Shown piece by piece: positions 20,191 through 28,813 of a DNA stretch of 64,000 nt. Under the pieces are notes generated by a model. The model was not told the DNA's origin, searched no databases, and saw only the letters and a program-made list of their open reading frames with translations. Each line of letters starts with the position of its first letter. Position 1 is the first letter of the stretch. Source of the DNA: Taibaiella koreensis (GTDB lineage Bacteria; Bacteroidota; Bacteroidia; Chitinophagales; Chitinophagaceae); assembly GCF_003545715.1 (NCBI RefSeq), contig NZ_QVNU01000001.1, positions 1,231,962-1,295,961 on the forward strand. The letters run 5' to 3'. Both the position numbers and the translations under genes were made by a program.

Positions 20191-20916
20191 TTACAGGAGA
20201 TTGAGCCGCTCATAGACCTGCTTTTTGAACGTTTTACCTATAGGTAGCCACACACCATTGGCCAAAAGGCATTGCTCCTTTTCATTAATTGTCTCCACAT
20301 AGCGGAAATTAACGGCATAAGTACGGTGTATCTGCAATACGCCACCGGCGGGAATGCGTGTCATAAGCTCTGTAAGCGACAGCCGCACCGAGGCTTTCTC
20401 CCGCTGTATGGTATGCAGCGTGACATAATTCTTGACGTCGGCTTCCAGGTAAGTAATATCGGCCAGCGCGATGCGTCTGAGTTTGCTACCAGTACGCACA
20501 AATACATGATCCTGCTCCGTTTTTAACTCCGCTACGGGTGCCGCCGGTGTCAACGCCAGTAGCAACGCGGCTTGCAGGGCGGCCTTACCAATGGGTTTGA
20601 CCAGGTACGATTTTGCCGCCACGGCGCTGAGGGCTTCTTCGATCACTTTGTTGTTGATCTGTGCCGTGGTAAAAATGATCCGGGTATCGGGCTGCAGGCG
20701 TTGTAGCTGACTTGCCAGCATAATGCCATTGTTGCGCCCCTGCAGGTCAATATCCATCAGCACTACACCAGGCTTCAGGCGCTCGATGTCGGCCATAGCG
20801 GCGAATGGCTCTTGTTGCGATCCCGCTATGCCGTAACCCAGCTCTTCCAGCAGCATCAGCAAGTGATCCAGGTGCAGCGGCTCATCTTCTACGATATAAA
20901 TCCCTTTATTTGTCAT
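20191..20916 (-). CDS. LytR/AlgR-family response regulator (REC + LytTR DNA-binding domain)
   Basis: N-terminal receiver (IVEDEP…LMDIDL) and a C-terminal LytTR region (…ITYLEADVKNYVTLHT…). It overlaps the upstream kinase gene by 4 bp. Confidence 0.88.
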   Translation of the reverse strand: MTNKGIYIVEDEPLHLDHLLMLLEELGYGIAGSQQEPFAAMADIERLKPGVVLMDIDLQGRNNGIMLASQLQRLQPDTRIIFTTAQINNKVIEEALSAVAAKSYLVKPIGKAALQAALLLALTPAAPVAELKTEQDHVFVRTGSKLRRIALADITYLEADVKNYVTLHTIQREKASVRLSLTELMTRIPAGGVLQIHRTYAVNFRYVETINEKEQCLLANGVWLPIGKTFKKQVYERLNLL

Positions 20917-23180
20917 TCCTTATGGGTTATGGTTGCCCGATGCAGCGGAAAGTGTACGTTGACCGTGGTGCCGCTTTCCGGGCTGCTCGTCATGATTATC
21001 CGTCCCTGGTTCAGTTTTGTGAATTGACGCACCAGCGCGAGGCCGAGGCCTATGCCCTTTTCACGGCTGCTTTCCCCCGCGCTTTCTTCGGAAGCGATAA
21101 GATCCAGGTCAGGGGCAATACGGGCAGGCATGCCGGGGCCCGTATCCCGGACACGAAACAACAGCTCCCGGTCTTGCTCATGAAGCGAAATGGTCACTAC
21201 ACCACCTTTTGGGGTAAACTTAAGCGCATTGGCGATAAGGTTGCGGCAGATCAGTAAAAAGCTGCCCCGGTCGGTTACCAATGTCAGGCCTGCCGGCAAT
21301 GCTTCGATCAACCGGATCTGCTTCACGGCTGCTGTGGCCTGAAATACGGAAAGGAGTTCCCTTAGCTCCAATGATGGATCTATAGGTTCTGGTTGCAAGG
21401 TATAGCCCTTTAGCTGGGTCGTAGACCAGTAAAGCAGGTTGTCGAGTAAGTAGGACAGGCGCGTTGCGTTTTCCTGGAGTGCAAAAGCCGTATCAGTGAC
21501 CTTGTCGTAGCGTTCTTTCTGCATTTGGTATTGCATGAGCTTTCCGGCTTGCTGCAAAGGTGCTACGAGACTACGCAGGTCGTGCGAAATGATCGAAAAA
21601 AGCCTTGTTTTGACCTGGTTCAGCTCCTGCAGCTCGGCATTTTGCAGGGCCACCAACTGCCGCTGCCGGCGAACCCTGATGTTGGCCCTGATGCTGATGA
21701 AGAGCAGCAGCGCGATGATGGCGGCAACAGAAAGCGCCAGCAGTTGCCTTTGCCGGCTGCGTTTCAGCTCCTGTGCCCCGAGCAGGCGTTCCTGGGTCAT
21801 GCGCGCTATCGTTTGTTCCTTTCTGCTACTCTCGTAGCGGGTCTCCAGCTCGGCGATCTGCCGGTGTATTTCCTGCCGGTATAGGGAATCGTTGAGTGCA
21901 TGATAACGCCGGAAATGCTTCAGTGCGCTGGCGGCATCACCCTTTTGCCGGTAAGCATCGACATAGGTCTTCTCGATCCAGCCGGCAAGCTCAAGCTCCT
22001 GCAGCCGGTTATTGATCGCTTTGCTGCTATCAAGATAACGTAGGGCTGGTTCCGGTAGCTTTTCTGCCAGAGATAGCTGGGCTAGCGCTTTATACGCAAT
22101 GGCCTGTCCCCTTGTATAGCCTTCTTTTTCCCAGTCACTGAGCGCAGCCACGTAGTATTTACCGGCAGTCAGGTGATCTCTGTCGCCAAAGAATGCGGCG
22201 TCGCCCAGGCTCTTCCTCAGCGCTCCGGTATACATCGTGGTACCTTCTACCGTCTTTATCTGTTTGCTGAGCACAATCCCTTCAAGCGCCAGGGGCTTGA
22301 TCTCTCCGTAATGTCCGATCTCCTCCAGGTAGTCACAATAGACAGCGATCGCGATTAGCAGATCGGGCTTACTCTTCAGCTTCCTGCCCAGCGCGATGGC
22401 CCTGCCGGCATAGCGACCTGCCAGATCGGGCTTATTCCAGGTGAGGTACAGGTGTACCAGGTTGCCAAGGGTTGGGATCATGTGTGCCTCATCGTGCTGC
22501 AACTCTTTGAGGCGAAGTGACTCCAGGTAATAGGTTGTCGCATTTTTATAGTCATTCCTGTCTTTGTAGACCATAGCCAGGTTGTTCAGTCCCACATGCG
22601 TACGGAAGGTATCTTTCTGGCCTTTTGCATAATGGACGGCGTCGCTGTAGTAATGCTCTGCCTGAAGGTGATCGCCCGCCTCACTGTAAAGCGATCCCAT
22701 ATCGTTGAAATACTGGAACTGGTAGTCCTTTCGCTGCAGCTGCCGGGCCAGCGCATAGCCTTTCCTGTACCAGGCACGGGCTTTTTCAAAATCCTTTTTA
22801 CGGCTATGCACGCCGGCGGCAAAGTAATAAAGGTCGAGCACCGATCCCGGCAATCGCTTGTCTGTGGCCAGCTGCAGCGCTTCGTTGAAAATACGGTCTG
22901 CTTGCGCGGCATCATTTTTCCGGTAATGGAAATCATAGAGAAGCGCCATAGCATCCAGCTCGCTGGTGGTTGCGTTCTGCCGGTGTGTATATTGCCGGGC
23001 CTCGCCGGCGATCACAATAGCGCTATCCCAATCGGGTTCCAGGCTGAGCGCCCATTCCACGTAAACATCCATTTTGGCGGTAGGCCCCAAAGCCTTGTCC
23101 AGCTTCCCCGGATAGTCCTGCTGTTGCGCCAGGGCGGCAAGGCACGTCAGGGCAAGCAGTACGGTAAAACGAGCGCGCAT
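20913..23180 (-). CDS. sensor histidine kinase with a periplasmic/extracytoplasmic TPR-repeat domain
   Basis: Signal peptide (MRARFTVLLALTCLAALA), ~450 aa of TPR-like repeats, one TM helix, a HisKA (FSIISHDLRS) and an HATPase_c. I chose the start at 23180; the longer ORF to 23252 has no signal peptide. Confidence 0.82.
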   Translation of the reverse strand: MRARFTVLLALTCLAALAQQQDYPGKLDKALGPTAKMDVYVEWALSLEPDWDSAIVIAGEARQYTHRQNATTSELDAMALLYDFHYRKNDAAQADRIFNEALQLATDKRLPGSVLDLYYFAAGVHSRKKDFEKARAWYRKGYALARQLQRKDYQFQYFNDMGSLYSEAGDHLQAEHYYSDAVHYAKGQKDTFRTHVGLNNLAMVYKDRNDYKNATTYYLESLRLKELQHDEAHMIPTLGNLVHLYLTWNKPDLAGRYAGRAIALGRKLKSKPDLLIAIAVYCDYLEEIGHYGEIKPLALEGIVLSKQIKTVEGTTMYTGALRKSLGDAAFFGDRDHLTAGKYYVAALSDWEKEGYTRGQAIAYKALAQLSLAEKLPEPALRYLDSSKAINNRLQELELAGWIEKTYVDAYRQKGDAASALKHFRRYHALNDSLYRQEIHRQIAELETRYESSRKEQTIARMTQERLLGAQELKRSRQRQLLALSVAAIIALLLFISIRANIRVRRQRQLVALQNAELQELNQVKTRLFSIISHDLRSLVAPLQQAGKLMQYQMQKERYDKVTDTAFALQENATRLSYLLDNLLYWSTTQLKGYTLQPEPIDPSLELRELLSVFQATAAVKQIRLIEALPAGLTLVTDRGSFLLICRNLIANALKFTPKGGVVTISLHEQDRELLFRVRDTGPGMPARIAPDLDLIASEESAGESSREKGIGLGLALVRQFTKLNQGRIIMTSSPESGTTVNVHFPLHRATITHKE

Positions 23181-23406
23181 AGACCGGTTATAGGAAAGAG
23201 AGAATGCTGCAAATATAAAGGTATTGATCATTTGTCCACGCGGTGCAAGCATTCATCCTCACGAAATGACCCTTCGGCCACATGGTCTTACCGGAGGCGA
23301 TGGGGCGGGCCTATTTTTGATCGAAGCTACAATGCAATACTCCATAGCAACAGTGGCCCCTTTATCCCGTATCGTAGATCAGAACAAGAACTCAAAAACA
23401 TTTTTT

Positions 23407-23670
23407 ATGAAAAAGAAACAAAACAATGGCAAGCTCTTTCTAAACAAAAAGAAAATCACCGGGCTTTCTGATCCTCAAAGCACTTTTGGTGGTGGAATGA
23501 GCGGAATTACATTTATAGCATCCTGCGCAGGATCCTGTGCTTCCGATTGTATTTGCCCCACAGATCGTTGCCAGGTACATAGTATCGACAGTTGTCCTCC
23601 CCGGCCTTCCTTTATTCCGGCAAATTGCAATATTTTTTCTCTGGACAATTGCAGCCTTACGACGCCTTAA
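23407..23670 (+). CDS. GG-motif (double-glycine) leader precursor peptide A, 87 aa, with an 8-Cys Cys/Pro-rich core
   Basis: Internal start of ORF 23224..23670. Leader MKKKQNNGKLFLNKKKITGLSDPQSTFGGG resembles the Bacteroidetes GG-leader family. The core contains CPPRPSF. Confidence 0.6.
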   Translation: MKKKQNNGKLFLNKKKITGLSDPQSTFGGGMSGITFIASCAGSCASDCICPTDRCQVHSIDSCPPRPSFIPANCNIFSLDNCSLTTP

Positions 23671-23793
23671 GTCTGTTCAGGGCAGTTGTTATCAATAGAA
23701 ATAGCATCGACCTGCGTTGTACAGCCGGTCACAACAACACCTTTATTTGCCCCCACGCTACGTTAACCAAATCAACCCAAAGACAAAACCAAT

Positions 23794-24015
23794 ATGAAAA
23801 AGAAACAAAGCAATGGCCGTCTTGCCCTGAACAAGAAATGGATTACGGAGCTCTCCCATCCACAGCATGTTGCCGGTGGTGAATATTTAGATACAAGGGT
23901 ATCCTGTATTTCCCGTTGCCTGTGCCCTGTATCGGGTACCTGCCCCAGACCCTCTTTTGAGCAGCGTTGTCCTCCCTGTCCGATCAATACAATGACTTGT
24001 CCCACCCTGCCTTAA
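23794..24015 (+). CDS. GG-motif leader precursor peptide B, 73 aa, with a 7-Cys core
   Basis: Leader MKKKQSNGRLALNKKWITELSHPQHVAGG is paralogous to peptide A. The core has CPRPSF and ends in CPTLP. Confidence 0.6.
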   Translation: MKKKQSNGRLALNKKWITELSHPQHVAGGEYLDTRVSCISRCLCPVSGTCPRPSFEQRCPPCPINTMTCPTLP

Positions 24016-24047
24016 GCCGGGATTTTCTAACTTAGATAAGCATCCGT

Positions 24048-24254
24048 ATGAAAAAGCATGCGCCAAGAACAAGGCTTAGCCTGAAAAAGGTTGTCGTAAC
24101 GCCTTTAAAAGATCTGCATAAGACGGGGGGCTATCCTACACGGGAACCCTCGCTGTATTCCTGTATGTCGGAATGCAATTGTCCACGGCCCACTTATTGG
24201 ACCGTTTACTGTTGCGGCGGGCAAGGTACCTTCGTTTGCCCACACCTGCCTTAG
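24048..24254 (+). CDS. GG-motif leader precursor peptide C, 68 aa, with a 6-Cys core
   Basis: Leader MKKHAPRTRLSLKKVVVTPLKDLHKTGG. The core has CPRPTYW and ends in CPHLP. Confidence 0.55.
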   Translation: MKKHAPRTRLSLKKVVVTPLKDLHKTGGYPTREPSLYSCMSECNCPRPTYWTVYCCGGQGTFVCPHLP

Positions 24255-24278
24255 GCGCAACGAACCACATTTATTGGG

Positions 24279-24306
24279 GGCGATGTCACACGGCATCGCC
24301 TTTTTT
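24279..24306 (+). terminator. rho-independent terminator closing the three-peptide gene array
   Basis: Stem ggcgatg/catcgcc with loop tcacacgg, followed by TTTTTT, 25 bp after the peptide C stop. Confidence 0.7.
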
Positions 24307-24445
24307 GTAGCAGCATCTTGCAGCCACCAGGATTAATAGCCTGCCTTGCCGGTTTGGTCAGCAAAAACAGGTGCTTGGTCTAAAAAGATAAAAGCATGTC
24401 GGGCAGAATCACCATTTTTGCCTGCCGGACCAATCCGGCGATACC

Positions 24446-25555
24446 ATGTTGAAAAAGACCGGCAATACCATACTGAAACTATTAACGCATAGGTTGGCGC
24501 TTAACTTGTATGTGTGGTTCTTCTTTATCGATACCGTTTGGAATAATAATCATAGCAACGCTTCGGTGCCGCGTCACGACGGCCACGTCCTGCACATTGT
24601 GCTGATGCACCTGGTATGGGTGGCCATGATCTATGGCAATACCATGATCTATATACCCAGGCTGCTCATCCGGCGCAAATACGGCTGGTATCTCCTGGTT
24701 TTACTGGCACATGCCTTATTGTTTTCTCTCATCATTGGCTGGTACAGCGAATGGCTGATCGCTGCCTTCCCCGGTACCCGAAAGCTGGACTATATCGTGA
24801 TCAATATTGCCCAGCGCTCCGATATGGTCTCTTACCGGCAGTACCTGGTCAATGTGTTGCTGGGGGCGGTGGGCGATACCCTTATCCTGTTCACCATAGG
24901 GCGGTTGATGCAATACTTTTTCGTAGAACGCCGGCGCAATGAGCTGCTGGAAAAAAAGCAGCTTGAATCGGAGCTGATGCTGCTCCGCTCGCAGATCAAT
25001 CCGCACTTTCTGTTCAATGTGCTCAACAGCATTTATTCGCTCTCGCTTAAAAAATCGGATGAGGCTCCGGGCGTCATCCTGAAGTTGTCCGATATCCTGC
25101 GGTATATGCTCTATGAATCGCGCCAGGACTATGTGCCGCTCGACAAAGAGCTGCAGATGCTGCGCGACTATATTGCGATCGAGCAAATAAGGATCAGCAG
25201 TAAAGATGCCATTAGCCTGGATATCGGCGCCGACACGGGCAGCGGAAAGATAGCCCCGGCACTACTGATCGCGTTTGTGGAAAACGCGGTGAAGCATGGT
25301 CTGGATTCCCGGATGGCCGATGCCTTTGTCCGTATCAGCATCAGGGTAGCCCCGGGGCAGCTGCTGGAGTTCCAATGCGTCAACAATTATCTGCCCCGTA
25401 GCGCCGGTATGCATACCAACAAGACGGGCGGCATAGGGCTGGAAAATGTGAAGAAACGGCTGGAGTTGCTGTATCCGGGAAAACACCATCTTACCATCGA
25501 CAACGATAATACCGTCTTCCAAGTGAAGCTCACCTTAAAACTAAGTACCGAATGA
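24446..25555 (+). CDS. LytS/YehU-family sensor histidine kinase (4-5 TM sensor + His_kinase domain)
   Basis: Polytopic N-terminus, then …QINPHFLFNVLNSIYSL… (PF06580-type) and a C-terminal ATPase. Its stop overlaps the downstream regulator start (ATGA). Confidence 0.82.
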   Translation: MLKKTGNTILKLLTHRLALNLYVWFFFIDTVWNNNHSNASVPRHDGHVLHIVLMHLVWVAMIYGNTMIYIPRLLIRRKYGWYLLVLLAHALLFSLIIGWYSEWLIAAFPGTRKLDYIVINIAQRSDMVSYRQYLVNVLLGAVGDTLILFTIGRLMQYFFVERRRNELLEKKQLESELMLLRSQINPHFLFNVLNSIYSLSLKKSDEAPGVILKLSDILRYMLYESRQDYVPLDKELQMLRDYIAIEQIRISSKDAISLDIGADTGSGKIAPALLIAFVENAVKHGLDSRMADAFVRISIRVAPGQLLEFQCVNNYLPRSAGMHTNKTGGIGLENVKKRLELLYPGKHHLTIDNDNTVFQVKLTLKLSTE

Positions 25556-26247
25556 CCTGCCTTATCATCGACGACGAAATACTGGCCCAGGATGTGATCG
25601 AACATTACCTGTCGCGTACCGAGGGCCTGCAGCTGGTAGCCAAATGCAGCAATGCCCTGGAGGCCTTTGCCCTGTTGAGCAAAGAAGAGATCGATCTCAT
25701 TTTCCTGGACATACAAATGCCGGAGATCAACGGTCTCGAATTTGTCAAAATACTGAAACATCCTCCCAAGATCATTCTCACAACAGCCTATACGGAATAT
25801 GCGCTGGACGGCTACGAGCTCAATGTGGTCGATTATTTGCTGAAACCGGTATCTTTCGAACGCTTTCTGAAAGCCGTAGATAAGGCGCGCATGACAAGAT
25901 CTGCGCCGGCTGAAAAAATCCCGGCCCCATCATCCCAGGATATTTTTGTCAAATGCGACGGGAAGCTGGTACGTGTACGGGCACAGGATATCCGCTACGT
26001 GGAAGGGCTTAAAAATTATCTTATCCTACATACCACAGCCCGGAAAATGGTTGTGCACGGCACCATGAGCAATATGGAAGAGGAACTGGGCGTCTTCGGA
26101 CACTTTGTAAGGATACACAAATCTTACCTGGTCAACAAGCAATACATTACCGAGATCAGCGGCAACATGATCAGGATCGAGCAGGCAGAACTGCCCATCG
26201 GCGGCGTATACAAGCCCGAGCTGCTAAAATTGCTCAAAGTGATCTGA
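25552..26247 (+). CDS. LytTR-family response regulator
   Basis: REC domain (LIIDDE…FLDIQMP) plus a LytTR domain (…IRYVEGLKNYLILHT…). It is translationally coupled to the kinase. Confidence 0.88.
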   Translation: MTCLIIDDEILAQDVIEHYLSRTEGLQLVAKCSNALEAFALLSKEEIDLIFLDIQMPEINGLEFVKILKHPPKIILTTAYTEYALDGYELNVVDYLLKPVSFERFLKAVDKARMTRSAPAEKIPAPSSQDIFVKCDGKLVRVRAQDIRYVEGLKNYLILHTTARKMVVHGTMSNMEEELGVFGHFVRIHKSYLVNKQYITEISGNMIRIEQAELPIGGVYKPELLKLLKVI

Positions 26248-26252
26248 GCGGC

Positions 26253-27617
26253 TTATCGATCAGACGGTAGCCGCGCCCCGGCACGGCGAAAGGGCCATTC
26301 CCTGCGCATGCGCGCCTGAACGAGGTATACGGCAGCGCCTAAGGCGGTAACACCTATGCCTGCCAGCATCAGCATGGCGCCTGTAGCGAAGAACAGCGCC
26401 CCCCACATAACAATGGCCAGCACGACAGGCAACGGAAAGAGGGGCATCTTATACGGAAAGTCGGAAGCCTTGCGGCGCCGGCGCAATATCAGCAGACCGA
26501 TCGCCTGGCTGATAAACTGGATGAGGATACGCATGGCCAGTATCGCACTGATCACCTCTTTCAGTTTGAACAGAAGGCTAAATACAAAGGCTACGCCCCC
26601 GAGTACCAGCAGAGAAACATATGGAAACTTACGTGTGGGATGCAGCCGGGCAAATACTTTGAAGAAGGCGCCGTCGGCCGCGGCTGCGTAAGGAATGCGG
26701 CTGTAGCCGAGTGTGGCCGAAAATACAGACGCGAAGGCTACCCATAGGATCAATACGGTGATCACCTTTGCCGCAGTGCTGCCCATCAACTGCTGCATGT
26801 ACAGGCTAAGCACAAAGTCATGCTCCCTGATCTGGTGCCAGGGGATCACACTGGTGACACTAATATTCATCAGCAGATACAATACGGCAATGCCGGCAAT
26901 AGACAGGAACATACTGCGGGGAATATTCCGGGAAGGGTTGATGATCTCTCCGCCGAGGTGGCATACATTGTAGTAGCCCAGGTAGCTGTATACGGTCTTT
27001 ACGCTGGAATAGCCTATAGCGGCGATAAAAGCATAATTAAAGCTGAGTCCATCGTTGATGTGCCTGATGGGTTCCAGAAAACGGCCGTGCGCCAGTCCGC
27101 CGCCGATAATCCAGAACATAGTGATCAGCACGCCACCCCAGAGCAGCACACTGATCTTGCCGATAGCCTCGATCCTGCGGTACAGCAAAACGATGATAAG
27201 GACGACCACACCGCCGCTTGCAGCCTTAAACCACAAGCCGGGCAAAGGCACCAGATAAGAAAGATAGGTGGCAAATCCGATGGCCGCCGAGGCGATCACC
27301 AATGGCGCCTGGATCATCGTTTGCCATACAAACAGGAAGCTCATAAAGCGGCCCATGCCCTTAGGACCGTAGGCCTCTTTCAGGAAATTGTAAGAGCCCC
27401 CGGCTTTTGGAAAAGCCGCGCCCAATTCACTCCATACCATAGCGTCAACGAACGACAAGATGGCTCCGGCGATCCATGCATAAAGAAAATAAGGGCCGTT
27501 CATCATCCCGATCACCATAGGTAAGGTGATAAAAGGTCCTATGCCTACCATATCGATCATATTGATCGCGGTTGCCTGGCGAAGGCTCAGCCTCCTTTCC
27601 AGATCATGTTCAGCCAT
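26253..27617 (-). CDS. APC-superfamily amino acid permease
   Basis: 454 aa with 12 predicted TM helices and an N-terminal …ATAINMIDMVGIGPFITLP… typical of amino acid/polyamine transporters. Confidence 0.85.
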   Translation of the reverse strand: MAEHDLERRLSLRQATAINMIDMVGIGPFITLPMVIGMMNGPYFLYAWIAGAILSFVDAMVWSELGAAFPKAGGSYNFLKEAYGPKGMGRFMSFLFVWQTMIQAPLVIASAAIGFATYLSYLVPLPGLWFKAASGGVVVLIIVLLYRRIEAIGKISVLLWGGVLITMFWIIGGGLAHGRFLEPIRHINDGLSFNYAFIAAIGYSSVKTVYSYLGYYNVCHLGGEIINPSRNIPRSMFLSIAGIAVLYLLMNISVTSVIPWHQIREHDFVLSLYMQQLMGSTAAKVITVLILWVAFASVFSATLGYSRIPYAAAADGAFFKVFARLHPTRKFPYVSLLVLGGVAFVFSLLFKLKEVISAILAMRILIQFISQAIGLLILRRRRKASDFPYKMPLFPLPVVLAIVMWGALFFATGAMLMLAGIGVTALGAAVYLVQARMRREWPFRRAGARLPSDR

Positions 27618-27704
27618 GTATGTATGTTGCGTTCAGTTCAGGGCCTAAAGATTGCCTTTAGTTTTTACAAATCTCATTGAAAAATCTTATCAGGCATTTT
27701 GACC

Positions 27705-28064
27705 TCAGGCAATCAACTCTCCTATTTTTTCAAGGAGATCGGTCATCTGGAAAGGCTTGGAAAGGAAATCGTCGGCGCCGGCCCTGCGGGCAGAATCTTC
27801 AATGCCACGGCTGGCCGAAAACAGTATGACCGGTATGTCGCGGGTATGCTCCTGCTTCTTGAGCTGCCGGCACACCTCCCGGCCGTCGGCGCCTGCAATC
27901 CATACATCAAGAAGGAACAGGTCGGGGAGTCGCTGTGGTGTGAGCGCCATAGCGGCTGTAGGGCTATGGACCACGCTATAGCCGGCAAATTCGAGCATGC
28001 TGCCGACCATATCCAGTATGCTGGAATCGTCATCGGCTACCATGATCTGCTTAGGAGAATTCAT
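27705..28064 (-). CDS. stand-alone receiver-domain response regulator (CheY-like)
   Basis: IMVADDD…LLDVWI…KPF pattern. It has no output domain. Confidence 0.78.
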   Translation of the reverse strand: MNSPKQIMVADDDSSILDMVGSMLEFAGYSVVHSPTAAMALTPQRLPDLFLLDVWIAGADGREVCRQLKKQEHTRDIPVILFSASRGIEDSARRAGADDFLSKPFQMTDLLEKIGELIA

Positions 28065-28295
28065 AATGGTAAAATACAAAAAAAGCGATGAGATTGTTGG
28101 GCATTTTTAAGGTAATACCCCGGTTATTTACCGGCATAAAAGCGACGTCCCTTTATGTCGCCGGCGCGGGTAAAGCTGCAAACGTTCCGTAAAAATAGAA
28201 GTGGGCTCATAATGGGTGGCAAAACATTGATTTTTGTAAAGAAAATCAAAAATATAGACCCACCAGTGTTATCAATAGATTATTGTACGTACATT

Positions 28296-28372
28296 TGTGT
28301 TTTCATGGTGATAGGGTTTATAGGGGCTGACTCATTCTTGGGTCGGCTTTCTTTTTTTACATAGGCCAGCCT
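28296..28372. repeat. copy 1 of a ~75 bp duplicated element (ttttcatggtgatagg…tcttggg…ggc…tttcttttttt)
   Basis: Read by eye. About 75% identical to copy 2. Lies inside sORF 28155..28364. Confidence 0.6.
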
Positions 28373-28516
28373 CCCCCTTTACGGGTGATTTTCCTTCTTT
28401 TAACGTTATTTTTAGACTGTCTAACTGCTATATCCTCAGCTGGTTGTAGTAGGAATATTACTTTTTTTGCTTTATTTGGGAGCCATCAAGCGGAGATGTA
28501 AACATTGTTTATTAGC

Positions 28517-28597
28517 TTTGCTTTTTTCATGGTGATAGGATTTCTTGCCGGCCCAGTCTTGGGCTGGCATTTCTTTTTTTGTCAAGGCCGGAATGGC
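28517..28597. repeat. copy 2 of the ~75 bp duplicated element
   Basis: The shared 16 bp core ttttcatggtgatagg is identical. Lies inside sORF 28505..28783. Confidence 0.6.
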
Positions 28598-28813
28598 GAA
28601 AAATGGAAATCAAAGTGGATATCTGGTGAAAAAATAATGTTGTGGAAAAAGACCGGCAAATTCCTCGTCTATGCAATATACATGCAGCTTACATTCCCTT
28701 ACAGTTTTTTTAGGAACAAAATTCCCCGGTCCTTTTTGACATGCTCAGGGACTGGGGAATTTTGTTTCTTGTACAGGGAGTGAAGCTTCCGTTTTACACA
28801 ATCGTGATATTCC

